64,000 nucleotides of DNA from Halobacteria archaeon (lineage in GTDB: Archaea; Halobacteriota; Syntropharchaeia; JACQPP01), in assembly GCA_038869515.1 (NCBI GenBank), contig JAWCQZ010000003.1, positions 126,884 through 190,883 on the forward strand. Reading direction: 5' to 3'. Below the pieces are notes generated by a model, which was not told the origin of the DNA, made no database searches, and saw only the letters and a list, made by a program, of their open reading frames with translations. Both the position numbers and the translations under genes were made by a program. Each line of letters starts with the position of its first letter. Position 1 is the first letter of the stretch. Shown one piece after another: positions 16,043 to 24,979 of the stretch.

Positions 16043-17800
16043 ATGTCTCCCGGGTCCGTCCCGGCCGCCCTCCTGCTCGCCGTCCTGGCGGCCGCTTCCG
16101 CCCAGGACGCGGCGCCCTCCCTCGGCCTCTCCACCGACCTGGGGGACGTGGCTCTGGAGGCCGGGGTGGAGAGGACCTTCGCGGTGGCGGTGACCAACCT
16201 CCGCGACCTCCCTCTTCCGGTCCGCATCAGCGTCGCCGGGGCCGCCGAAGCGCTCGCGGGCCCGCCCCTGGAGTTCACCCTCGGTCCCGAGGAGCGGCGG
16301 GAGGTGCAGCTGCGCCTCAACTCGACGAGGCCCGGAACCTACCTGGGGACCCTGGTGGCCCAGGGAGGCGGCGACCGGCGCGAAATCCCCTTCCAGGCCC
16401 AGGTCCGGGTCACCCTGACCGGGCAGCCCGTGGCCCTCCGGGTCGAGCCCGGGAGCCTGAAGGCCGGGGAGGTCCTCACGGTCCTCACCTCGCCCCGGGT
16501 CTCCGTGCCCCTCCCGGGCGCCCTCGTCCTCTGGAGCGAGGACGGGACCCTCCTCTCGGAAATGGACCTCGACTTCTCCGTGCCCCGGAACGTGACCCTG
16601 ACCATCCCCGCGGGAACGCCCCCGGGGAGGGTGAGCGTCGAAGCCGCGGTCCCGCGCCTCGGCTCGGCGGTCCAGACCGTGACCGTCCTCCCCACGCCAT
16701 TCCCGACCTACCTGCTGCTCCTCCCCGCCGGGGCCGCCGCGGGCGTCGTTCTCCTCCGGTGGCGCGAGGAGCTCGCGGCCCTCCTGGCGGGGAACCGGCG
16801 CTACCCTCCCCTGACCGCCTACGGGGAGTTGCCCCGGGGCCCCTTCGCCGTGGGGCGGGTGGCGGGCAGCCGCAAGCGGTTCGAACTGGGACCGGAGCAC
16901 CTGCGGGGCCACGTCCTGGTCGCCGGGGCGACCGGCGGGGGCAAGAGCGTCGCGGCGATGGTCCTGGCCGAGGAGGCCCTGCGGCAGAAGTGGGCGGTGG
17001 TGGTGTGCGACCCCACCCTCCAGTGGACCGGCCTCCTCCGGCCCTGCGGCGATGCGGGCCTCCTCCGGCGCTACAGACTCTTCGGCATGGGGGAGGCGGG
17101 AGGCTGGCCGGGGGCCCGGAAGGAGGAGCCGGAGTTCGACCCGGGGGACCTGGTCCCGGGGCGCCTCCTCCTCTACGACTTCGGCGACGACTACGACGGG
17201 AATCTCGCCCGGCTGCTCGACCGGTTCCGGGTCGCCGGGAGCCCCCGCGTGCCCCTCCTGGTGGTCCTGGAGGAGATTCACCGGGCCCTCCCCAAATACG
17301 GCGCCCCGAGCCAGCTCTACCCGCTCCTGGAGAGCGTGGTCCGGGAGTTCCGCCACCGGGGCATATCCCTCATCCTGACCTCCCAACTGCTCTCCGACTT
17401 CAGTTCCGAAATCGGCGACAACATCCTGACCGAGATTCAGATGCTCACCAAAGGCCCCGAGGACCTGACGCGCTTGGAGAAGAAGTATGGCGCCGCCATG
17501 GCCCGGCTCGCGACCCGCCTCGAGCCCGGCGCGGGGCTGTTGCACCACCCCCAGGTCAACGGGGGGCTGCCGGTGGCGGTGGAGTTCCGGCCGACCCTGG
17601 GGGAGCCCCACAAACTGCCGGGCCCCCTGCTCGAGCGGTGGCGCGACCTGTGGGCCAGGCACGGGAGGCTGGCCGCGAAGGTGCGCGCCCCCGAGGGGGC
17701 CCAGGCCCTGGCCCGGGCCCGGGAGCGGCTGGAGACGCTGCGGCTCGAGATGGCCCATATCTATCTCGACGAGGCCGAGGGCGAGCGCAAGAAGCCTTAA
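16043..17800 (+). CDS. Membrane-anchored HerA/FtsK-like P-loop ATPase (DUF87-like) with N-terminal extracytoplasmic domain
   Basis: 585 aa from ATG 16043; signal peptide, about 200-aa extracellular region with N-x-S/T sequons, one TM helix, then cytoplasmic domain with Walker A GATGGGKS and Walker-B-like LLVVLEEIH. Confidence 0.65.
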   Translation: MSPGSVPAALLLAVLAAASAQDAAPSLGLSTDLGDVALEAGVERTFAVAVTNLRDLPLPVRISVAGAAEALAGPPLEFTLGPEERREVQLRLNSTRPGTYLGTLVAQGGGDRREIPFQAQVRVTLTGQPVALRVEPGSLKAGEVLTVLTSPRVSVPLPGALVLWSEDGTLLSEMDLDFSVPRNVTLTIPAGTPPGRVSVEAAVPRLGSAVQTVTVLPTPFPTYLLLLPAGAAAGVVLLRWREELAALLAGNRRYPPLTAYGELPRGPFAVGRVAGSRKRFELGPEHLRGHVLVAGATGGGKSVAAMVLAEEALRQKWAVVVCDPTLQWTGLLRPCGDAGLLRRYRLFGMGEAGGWPGARKEEPEFDPGDLVPGRLLLYDFGDDYDGNLARLLDRFRVAGSPRVPLLVVLEEIHRALPKYGAPSQLYPLLESVVREFRHRGISLILTSQLLSDFSSEIGDNILTEIQMLTKGPEDLTRLEKKYGAAMARLATRLEPGAGLLHHPQVNGGLPVAVEFRPTLGEPHKLPGPLLERWRDLWARHGRLAAKVRAPEGAQALARARERLETLRLEMAHIYLDEAEGERKKP

Positions 17801-17822
17801 CTTCCGCGCGCCGATTTTTCCG

Positions 17823-18605
17823 ATGGACCCGAAGGGGCGGACCGTGCTGGTCACCGGCGGCGGGACCGGCATCGGCGCCGCCACCGCCCGCCGCCTCGCC
17901 GCCGCGGGGGCCCGGGTCGCGCTCATGGGGCGCCGCCCGGGACCGCTCGAAAGCGTCGCGCGGGAAATCCGCAAGGAGCGCCGGGGCGGCAGGGTCGTCG
18001 CGGTGCCCGGGGACGTCTCGAAGCCCGCCGAAGTGCAGAGTTGCGTGGCGCGCGCGGAAAAGGCGCTGGGGCCCGTCGACATCCTCGTGAACAACGCGGC
18101 CGTCCTCATCACAGGCCCGGTCGCCGAGCAGCCCCTGGAGGAGTTCCGCCGAATGATGGAAATCAACTACTTCGGCCCGGTGATGATGGCGCGCGCGGTG
18201 CTGCCGGGGATGCGGAGGCGCGGCTCGGGCCACATCGTCACGGTCGCGTCGGTGGCGGGCCGGAAATCGATCTCCGGCTACGGCGCCTACGCCGCCACGA
18301 AGTTCGCGGTCATCGGATTCATGGACGCCCTCCGGCAGGAGTTGCACGGCAGCGGAATCGGGGTCTCCACGGTCCTCCCCGGCGCTGCGGCGACCCCCAT
18401 CGGCGACCCCTTCGCCGAGAAGAGTCCGCTGGCCCGGATGTCGGTCGTGAGGCCGGAGATGGTCGCGGGCGCCATCCTGGAGGCGCTCCTCCTCAACAAG
18501 CCGCAGGTCTACGTCCCGAAGCCGCTCCAAACGCTGGCGCTGATGAACGAGTTGTCACCCCGGGGGGCGGACCTCGTCATGCGGCTCGTGACCGGGGGCC
18601 GGTGA
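17823..18605 (+). CDS. SDR-family short-chain dehydrogenase/reductase
   Basis: 260 aa from ATG 17823; TGGGTGIG cofactor motif and YxxxK (YAATK) catalytic motif; track start 17487 is a spurious extension. Confidence 0.85.
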   Translation: MDPKGRTVLVTGGGTGIGAATARRLAAAGARVALMGRRPGPLESVAREIRKERRGGRVVAVPGDVSKPAEVQSCVARAEKALGPVDILVNNAAVLITGPVAEQPLEEFRRMMEINYFGPVMMARAVLPGMRRRGSGHIVTVASVAGRKSISGYGAYAATKFAVIGFMDALRQELHGSGIGVSTVLPGAAATPIGDPFAEKSPLARMSVVRPEMVAGAILEALLLNKPQVYVPKPLQTLALMNELSPRGADLVMRLVTGGR

Positions 18606-18678
18606 AAAAAAGCAAGATAGCAAGGGCTATCCCCCACATATCGCATTTTTTGCGCATTTCGTGTTTGGATGGAGGGCT

Positions 18679-20151
18679 TCACTTCCCAACAGCCGCTTCG
18701 CCCCCGGAGTCCGGAACCGGCCCGTGTCTTGCCCTGTCCGACCGGAGCAGGAAGAGGGAAAGGACGACGCCGGCGGCGACGCACCCCGCCGCGATGGCGA
18801 ATGCGAGATGGTAGCCGGCCGTGAAGGCCTCGGCGCGCGAGGACCCCCCGGCGAGGAGGTCGGCGCTTCTCCAGGCGGCCGCGCTCGCAAGGACCGTGAG
18901 ACCGAAAGCGCCGCCCATCTGCCCCATCACCTGGACGAGGCCGGAGGCGAGGCCCGAGTCGCCCGGCGCGACCCCCGACATCGCCAGCATCATCAGCGGC
19001 ATGAAGGCGAGCCCGGCCCCGACGCCGAAGAGGAGCATCCCCGGAAGCAGGTCTGCCGCGAACTGGCCGCCCACGGGGACACGGGCGAAGAGGACGAGGC
19101 CGGCCGCAATCAGCGCGAGACCTGGCACCAGGGTCGCCTTCGCCCCGAACCGCGTCATCAGGCGCGCGGTGAGGCCGACGGAGAAGAGGCCGATGAGGAC
19201 GGCGACCGGCAGGAAGGCGAGCCCGGTCCCGAGGGCGTCGTAGCCGAGGACCCCCTGCAGGTAGAGGGTCAAGAGGAAGAACGAGCCGAACATGCCGGTG
19301 GAGAGGGAGACCATGACGAGATTCGCGCCGGCGAGGTCGCGGGAGCGGAAAATCCGGAGGGGCACGAGCGGGTTGGGGACCCGCGACTCCACCAGGACGA
19401 ACGCCGCCAGCAGGGCGAGGGCGCCAAGGCCGAAGCCGAGGGTGGGCGCTGAGCCCCAACCGCTCTCGCCCGCCTGTACGATGGCGTAGACCCCGAGCAT
19501 CGGCGCGGCGATGACGAGGAGGACCCCGGGGAGGTCGACGCCGCCGCGGAGCCCGGTGCCCGGGTCCCGGGGGATGAGCGCCGAGGCGAGCAGCACGGTG
19601 ACGGCGCCGATGGGCAGGTTGACGAAGAAGATCCAGTGCCAGTTGATCGACTGGGTCAGGACGCCTCCCATGAGAAGCCCGACGGAGCCGCCCGCCGAGG
19701 CGAAGAAACTGAAGACCCCCATGGCCCGCGCCTGCTCCCCGGGCTCGGGGAATGAGGTGACGAGGATGGCGAGGGTCACCGCGGAGACGAGAGCTCCCCC
19801 GGCCCCCTGCAGGGCCCGGGCCGCGATGAGGAGGCCCTGGCTGTCGGCGAGGCCGCAGAGGAGAGAGGCGACCGTGAAGACAACCAGTCCCGCGATGAAG
19901 ACGCTCTTCCGCCCCACGAGGTCGCCGAGCCGGCCCGCCAGCAAGAGGAAGCCGCCGAAGGTCAGGAGGTAGGCGTTGACGACCCAGGAGAGGGAGGCCT
20001 GGGAGAAGCCGAGGTCGCGCTGGATGGAGGGGAGCGCGACATTGACGATGGTGATGTCGAGCACCATCATCAGCATCCCGATGCAGAGCACCGCGAGGGC
20101 CAACCAACGGCGGCGGTCGCCGGTTGTTGCCGCTCCACCCGCGCTCTTCAT
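18679..20151 (-). CDS. MFS transporter, DHA2 (EmrB/QacA)-like drug:H+ antiporter
   Basis: 490 aa, about 14 TM helices, MFS motifs (GRLGDLVGRK). Confidence 0.85.
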   Translation of the reverse strand: MKSAGGAATTGDRRRWLALAVLCIGMLMMVLDITIVNVALPSIQRDLGFSQASLSWVVNAYLLTFGGFLLLAGRLGDLVGRKSVFIAGLVVFTVASLLCGLADSQGLLIAARALQGAGGALVSAVTLAILVTSFPEPGEQARAMGVFSFFASAGGSVGLLMGGVLTQSINWHWIFFVNLPIGAVTVLLASALIPRDPGTGLRGGVDLPGVLLVIAAPMLGVYAIVQAGESGWGSAPTLGFGLGALALLAAFVLVESRVPNPLVPLRIFRSRDLAGANLVMVSLSTGMFGSFFLLTLYLQGVLGYDALGTGLAFLPVAVLIGLFSVGLTARLMTRFGAKATLVPGLALIAAGLVLFARVPVGGQFAADLLPGMLLFGVGAGLAFMPLMMLAMSGVAPGDSGLASGLVQVMGQMGGAFGLTVLASAAAWRSADLLAGGSSRAEAFTAGYHLAFAIAAGCVAAGVVLSLFLLRSDRARHGPVPDSGGEAAVGK

Positions 20152-20732
20152 GCCTCGTCGGCGAGGGGTTCAATCCCGCGAGCCATCCGGCTCCCTTGGC
20201 AGTCAATGGATGAGGCCCTCGCCGGTCCTCTCCTGCATCGTCCGCGTCCCGTGGGCAACGGCAGGAAGCCCATGGAGGACATGGGGGAGGATCCGTGCGG
20301 AATGGGAGATGGGGCGCCCATGTGGCGCCGCATTCCTGCGCCCCGCATATCAAGTTCCCGGCCCCGCCGGTCGGGGGTCGCGGTGATGCGGTGTGGCGGG
20401 ACGGGTTGCCGGGGGGTTCCCGGGCGGCTTGCCTTGCGAAAGATAGAAAGGACAATCGCCGAGCCGCATTTTTTCCTGCCTTGTTCTCGAAAGCAGGCGG
20501 CTTCTACCGCCCCGGCCCGATGGGAAAGGGGGGCGAGGGGGGAACGGGCACGGGAGGCAGGGGGGCGGGGACGCCGGGGGTCCAGCGGGGCGCGGAAGAT
20601 GTCATCGATGGTTCCTGGGCGGCGAAGGGCATATGGAGCGGGATTTTCCCGACCCGCTCACACCCGCATGTTCAAGCCCGCCCACACCGTGGTGAAATAA
20701 AAAATAGAATCGGCGGGCCAAATCCAGACGAA

Positions 20733-21011
20733 TTACGACTCCAAAAAGGCTTGGAGTTTCTTCCGCAACTCCTCGCGCTTCCTCTCTGCGTCGCGCTCCC
20801 CGGCCCGGGCGGCCTTCGCGGCCTCGACGACCGCGTCCGCGATGTCGGCGAGCCGCTGCCCCTCGTCGCGCTCGACCCGGGCGCGGATTTTCTCGTAGAG
20901 CAGCTCCCTCCGGGCCCAGTGAGCGAACGGGAGGAGCCGCGCCTCGGCGGCGTCCACGGGGTGGCCCGGGGAGCGGTCGAGTGTCACGGAACATGCGCCG
21001 TAGTGTGTCAT
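20733..21011 (-). CDS. Hypothetical protein
   Basis: 92 aa, strong codon-3 G+C, charged helical C-terminus; no family recognised. Confidence 0.4.
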   Translation of the reverse strand: MTHYGACSVTLDRSPGHPVDAAEARLLPFAHWARRELLYEKIRARVERDEGQRLADIADAVVEAAKAARAGERDAERKREELRKKLQAFLES

Positions 21012-21077
21012 GCAATCACCTCCATTCGGTACTGAAGATGCGGGAGTCGGGATATGGAGCAGGAGGGGGAGGATCCG

Positions 21078-21110
21078 GTCACAAGAATTTTCGCTGCGCG
21101 AAAATTCTTA
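21078..21110. repeat. 33-bp palindromic element GTCACAAGAATTTTCGCTGCGCGAAAATTCTTA (family 2, copy 1)
   Basis: Reverse complement of 47911-47943 with one mismatch; intergenic. Confidence 0.55.
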
Positions 21111-21137
21111 TTCACGCGTCCGAAGCGGGCTCAAAGT

Positions 21138-21659
21138 TCAGACCGGCTCGCCCGGACCGCGCGCGACCTGCCCGAAGAGCAGGTAGGCCGCCCGCACCGC
21201 CTCGCCCCATGCGCCTTCGCGTGCGAAAACCTCGATGGCGAGTTCCTCGGCCCCGAGCTGCAGGTCGACCCGGAACCCTCCGTCGGGCGAGGCCCACTGG
21301 AGGCGGGAGCCGTTGTCCCGGGTCCCCTGCCACCTCAGGGGGCCGACCCAGCGGCCCTGGAGGGACTCGGCCACCGCCTCGGGGGTCGTCCCGGGCGGCA
21401 GGCGCGCTTCGAGGACCTCGACTCCGGGGAGGTCGGACGGTTCGTCGATGGGGATGGCGCGGGAGCCGAGGCGGTAGCCCCTCTCGGTCCGCTCGATGTA
21501 TCCCGCCCGCTCCAGCCTCCGGAGGGTGCGGCTCAGGATTTCGGGGTGGAGGCCGAGGTGGCGCCGGAACCCCTGGAACGGGACCACCGCCCCCGGCTCG
21601 CCGAGGGTACGGAGGACCGCCTGCTCGCGGTCGGGGAGAGTGGTCAGGGAGGCCTCCAT
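21138..21659 (-). CDS. Winged-helix transcriptional regulator
   Basis: 173 aa; N-terminal wHTH (…LSRTLRRLERAGYIERTERGYRL…) plus C-terminal domain. Confidence 0.6.
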   Translation of the reverse strand: MEASLTTLPDREQAVLRTLGEPGAVVPFQGFRRHLGLHPEILSRTLRRLERAGYIERTERGYRLGSRAIPIDEPSDLPGVEVLEARLPPGTTPEAVAESLQGRWVGPLRWQGTRDNGSRLQWASPDGGFRVDLQLGAEELAIEVFAREGAWGEAVRAAYLLFGQVARGPGEPV

Positions 21660-21661
21660 GG

Positions 21662-21690
21662 CACTAACTTTAGGTTAGTGATATAAATAC
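21662..21690 (-). promoter_or_regulatory. Promoter of the wHTH regulator with overlapping palindromic operator
   Basis: Inverted repeat CACTAAC-TTTAG-GTTAGTG (21662-21680) between TATA-like TTTATATC and the ATG at 21659. Confidence 0.4.
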
Positions 21691-22893
21691 CTATGGGCGC
21701 TCCCGCCGGAGTTCCATGTAGCGCACTTGTTGCCGCTCCACGCGGAAACCCTCTCGTCCCGTCGGCGCGGGCTTCTCTCCCGCGACGCCTTCGCGTCGCG
21801 TGGCAGTATCGGAGGCCCGCGCCGGTCCTTTCGGGAACCCTCTCGTCTCGTCGGCAACGGACGGCGTCGTCCCGGCGGTCTGCAGGGGGCCCGTGACTTC
21901 GAGATGCGCAAACACCAGCCGCTTTCTCACCGACTGCGCCAGCCGCACCGCCCGCGCCATCTCCTCCAACGTGAAAACGTGGTCCGGCGCCAGCACGTGG
22001 ACCAGATAATCGGAGTGCCTCGCGGGCCACTTCGAGTAGACCCGGAAGTGGGCGCCGAACTTGAAGCCGGTGCGGGCGACGAGCCCGCGGTCGCGCAAGT
22101 CGCGGTAAACGGCAAGCCGAGTCTGGAAATCGGCCCCCCCGGCGCCTCGTTCCGCGACGCGCCGGCGCTGGAACCAACCCCGCTTCGGAGGAGTCGCGAT
22201 TCCGTTCCCGGCGGGCAACTTCAGCACCCCCCGCCCCGCGAGGTAGGCCGCCTCGAGGCGCGAGAGCCAGAGGCGCCCCTCCTCGACCCGGCCGAAGAAG
22301 GCGGCCTCGCACGCCTCCGCGGCAGCCGCGTGGGAGACCAGGACGCGGCTCCCCGCCGGGACCCCCTCAGACGGGGGAATCTCGGCGGGTTTCCCTTCGG
22401 GCAGGTGGGGCCGGCGCGCCTCGTAGAAGGTGGCGTCCCCCTCGGAGTCCACCATCCCCAGGAGGAGCCTCTTGTGGACGTTGGTGGCCTCGGTGAGGAC
22501 TCCCGCCAGCTCCCCCAGCGCCACAGGCTCGCGCTCCGACAGGGCCCAGACGTAGGCCTCCGACGGCCCCCCGCCCGGCCCCGAGCCCCGCTTGTAGAGC
22601 CGGAAGTCCCGGGGCCCCGCCGCCAGCCGGTAGCCCCGGAGGCGCAGGCTGCGGTAGACCGGATAGCGCACTTCGAACCGGGGCTGGAGGGCCGCCGCAG
22701 CCCTGATGAGAGCGGGGTAGTCGAGGGGCTTCCCGTCCCTGCGGACCTCGAGCCGCCCCCGCTCGCAGAGGTGGGCCGCCTCCTCGGGGCCGAGGCGGAC
22801 CCTGCCGCCGGCGGGCTCCCCGGCGTTGGGCGGGGCCTCCTCGGGCTCCGCGAGGACGGCCCCGTCCACAAGTTCCGCCATAGGAAAGCCCAT
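21691..22893 (-). CDS. endA: tRNA-splicing endonuclease EndA (tandem-repeat type) with low-complexity C-terminal tail
   Basis: 400 aa from ATG 22893; C-terminal catalytic unit TGFKFGAHFRVY…HSDYLVHV, N-terminal degenerate repeat (…YRLYKRG…); track start 23472 is an extension. Confidence 0.75.
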   Translation of the reverse strand: MGFPMAELVDGAVLAEPEEAPPNAGEPAGGRVRLGPEEAAHLCERGRLEVRRDGKPLDYPALIRAAAALQPRFEVRYPVYRSLRLRGYRLAAGPRDFRLYKRGSGPGGGPSEAYVWALSEREPVALGELAGVLTEATNVHKRLLLGMVDSEGDATFYEARRPHLPEGKPAEIPPSEGVPAGSRVLVSHAAAAEACEAAFFGRVEEGRLWLSRLEAAYLAGRGVLKLPAGNGIATPPKRGWFQRRRVAERGAGGADFQTRLAVYRDLRDRGLVARTGFKFGAHFRVYSKWPARHSDYLVHVLAPDHVFTLEEMARAVRLAQSVRKRLVFAHLEVTGPLQTAGTTPSVADETRGFPKGPARASDTATRREGVAGEKPAPTGREGFRVERQQVRYMELRRERP

Positions 22894-22920
22894 CTCCTCC
22901 GCACCCAAAAACCGTTCCTG

Positions 22921-23727
22921 ATGACGAACCCCGTCAAGACCCCTGGAGGGGGGAGGGGGGGCGGGCCTGTGGACGGGGAGGAGCTCCACCCCTCCCCCCC
23001 GGCGACAGCCCGCCTCTTCGCCGTCGAAATCGCCCGCGTCACTCCCCGGGCGGCGGTGGACGGGGTTCCGGTGAGCCCCACCGGTGCCCCCTGCCTGCGC
23101 ATCTTCACCGTCGGGCTCCTCACCTCCGTCGAGAAGCGTGGGGCGGAGCACCGGGGGAGCGTCGCCGATTTGACCGGCGAGGTCCGCCTCGAGGCCTCGG
23201 CGAACGAGCCCGCTCCGGCCCTGTTCCTGGGCAACGCCGAGACGCCGGCGCTGGTGGCGGCGACCGTGCGCTGGACCCCGGGGGGGCTGCGCGCAGAGGA
23301 GATCCACCGCTCCACGGAGTCGGCCCGGAGCCGCTGGGTCGTGGAGACGGCGAACCGGACCCTCGACCGCGTCGAACGGATGCGGGCCTTCCTCGCCTCC
23401 CGCGGGAGGGGCTTCCCGGAGGCGGAGGCAAGACGGCTGCGCGCGGCCGCCGAGAACTACCGTCTCACCCATTCGGCCCTGGACGAAATGGAGGAGGAGG
23501 CCGCCGCCGCCATCCGGATCGTCTCGGGCGGCCCCGACCCGGAGAAGACCCTGCTCGAACTTCTCGGGCGGCCCGGCTCCGAGGGCGGGCTGGCCCGGGA
23601 GGGGCTGCTCCGGGAGGCGGCCAAGGCGGGAACCCCCCGTGGCGCCGCGGAGCGGGCGCTCGACTCGCTGCTGGCGGAGGGGCGGTGCTTCGAGCCGAAG
23701 GAGGGGATGATCCGGAGGGTGGCATGA
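22921..23727 (+). CDS. Hypothetical protein (possible nucleic-acid-binding fold)
   Basis: 268 aa from ATG 22921; good codon bias in the C-terminal two-thirds; divergent from endA with only about 28 bp between starts, so the start is uncertain. Confidence 0.45.
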   Translation: MTNPVKTPGGGRGGGPVDGEELHPSPPATARLFAVEIARVTPRAAVDGVPVSPTGAPCLRIFTVGLLTSVEKRGAEHRGSVADLTGEVRLEASANEPAPALFLGNAETPALVAATVRWTPGGLRAEEIHRSTESARSRWVVETANRTLDRVERMRAFLASRGRGFPEAEARRLRAAAENYRLTHSALDEMEEEAAAAIRIVSGGPDPEKTLLELLGRPGSEGGLAREGLLREAAKAGTPRGAAERALDSLLAEGRCFEPKEGMIRRVA

Positions 23728-24404
23728 AACTGAAGCTCGACCTGCACGTGCATACCGCCCGCTCCTATGACGGCGTGGACTCCGTCGCCGAAACCCTCCG
23801 GTGGGCGAAAGCGAACGGGCTCGACGGCCTCGCCGTCACCGACCACAACACGGTGGCGGGACTGCGGGAGGCGGAGGGCGCGGCCTCCGGCCTCCTCGTC
23901 ATCCCGGGGGTCGAGGTCACGACGGCCGAGGGGCACCTCCTCCTCCTCGGGATCCGGGAGGCCGCGCCGCCGAGGCGCCCCCCGGAAGAGACCATCGAGT
24001 GGGCCGAGGCGCGCGGGGCGACCGTCATCGCGCCCCATCCCTTCCACCCCCTGCGCCATTCGCTGGGCCGGGTCGAAGGGCTGAAGGTCCACGCGGTGGA
24101 GGCGTTCAACTCCCGCTTCGTCACCGGCTGGGCGAACCGGAAGGCGGAGCGCGAAGTCGCGCGCCTTCGCCTCCCCGGCGTCGGCTCCTCCGACGCCCAC
24201 CGGGCGCGCTTCGCGGGGCGCGGGGTGACCGAGGTGGAGGCGGAGGGGCGGAGCGTCGAGGCGGTCCTCGAAGCGGTCCGGAAGGGGCGGACCTCCTGGA
24301 GCGGGAGCCGCACCCAGGTCTCCTCCTACCTCGGGCAACTGGGGCGCGGGAACCTGCGGAAGGTGCGGGGCCGGGGCCCCGTTCCCCGGACTCCCGGGCC
24401 ATGA
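23724..24404 (+). CDS. PHP-domain phosphoesterase
   Basis: 226 aa; LDLHVHTARSYDG…AVTDHNT…GVEV…HPFH motifs of the PHP family. Confidence 0.75.
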   Translation: MKLKLDLHVHTARSYDGVDSVAETLRWAKANGLDGLAVTDHNTVAGLREAEGAASGLLVIPGVEVTTAEGHLLLLGIREAAPPRRPPEETIEWAEARGATVIAPHPFHPLRHSLGRVEGLKVHAVEAFNSRFVTGWANRKAEREVARLRLPGVGSSDAHRARFAGRGVTEVEAEGRSVEAVLEAVRKGRTSWSGSRTQVSSYLGQLGRGNLRKVRGRGPVPRTPGP

Positions 24405-24964
24405 AGCCGGGGGTCCGCGCCCTCGGAGTCGCCGAAAGTTTCCGCAAGCGGGGCAAAAAATCGCTCCTCGCGGGCGTCGTTCTCCGCTCCGACGGACCGG
24501 TCGACGGCGTCGCCCTGGAGTCGGCCACAGTGGGAGGGATGGACGCGACCGACGGCATCCTCCGGCTCCACCGCGCGCTCCGCCGGGACGACGTCCCCCT
24601 GCTCTTCCTCGGCGGCTGCGTCATCTCCTGGTTCAACATCGTCGACCTGGAGCGGGTGCACCGCGAGACCCGCATCCCCCTCGTCTGCGTGACCTACGAG
24701 GAGAGCCCCGGGCTGGAGGGGCACCTGCGCGACCTCTTTCCCGAGGACGGCGAGGAGCGGGTCGCCCTCTACCGGAGCCTCGGGAAGCGCGAGAGGTTCC
24801 GTTTGGCGACGGGGCACGACGTCTACGCGCGCTTCCTCGGCCTCACCCGGAAGGGGGCGCAGGAGTGGCTCGACCGGTTCACCCGCCACGGCAAGGTCCC
24901 CGAGCCGGTCCGGGTGGCGCGGCTGGTGGCGAGGGCCGCCCTCAACCAATCTTTAAACCCCTGA
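24401..24964 (+). CDS. DUF99 (UPF0215) family protein
   Basis: 187 aa from ATG 24401 (overlaps the PHP stop as ATGA); archaeal DUF99-like conserved core. Confidence 0.65.
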   Translation: MKPGVRALGVAESFRKRGKKSLLAGVVLRSDGPVDGVALESATVGGMDATDGILRLHRALRRDDVPLLFLGGCVISWFNIVDLERVHRETRIPLVCVTYEESPGLEGHLRDLFPEDGEERVALYRSLGKRERFRLATGHDVYARFLGLTRKGAQEWLDRFTRHGKVPEPVRVARLVARAALNQSLNP

Positions 24965-24979
24965 CTCCGAGCCGTAGCG

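Noticed and set aside
15296-18166. 956-aa minus-strand and 926-aa plus-strand ORFs spanning 15.3-18.2 kb
   Set aside because: They overlap three well-supported genes (nucleotidyltransferase, HerA-like ATPase, SDR) in other frames and translate to Arg/Pro/Gly-rich low-complexity sequence, the usual open-frame artefact of G+C-rich DNA.
20160-20185. tRNA-like T-loop GAGGGGTTCAATCCCGC just upstream of the MFS gene start
   Set aside because: T-stem has a mismatch and no matching acceptor, D or anticodon arms could be placed within 90 nt on either strand.
18509-20455. 648-aa minus-strand ORF overlapping the MFS transporter
   Set aside because: Frame-shifted shadow of the MFS gene; no membrane-protein character and poor third-position bias.
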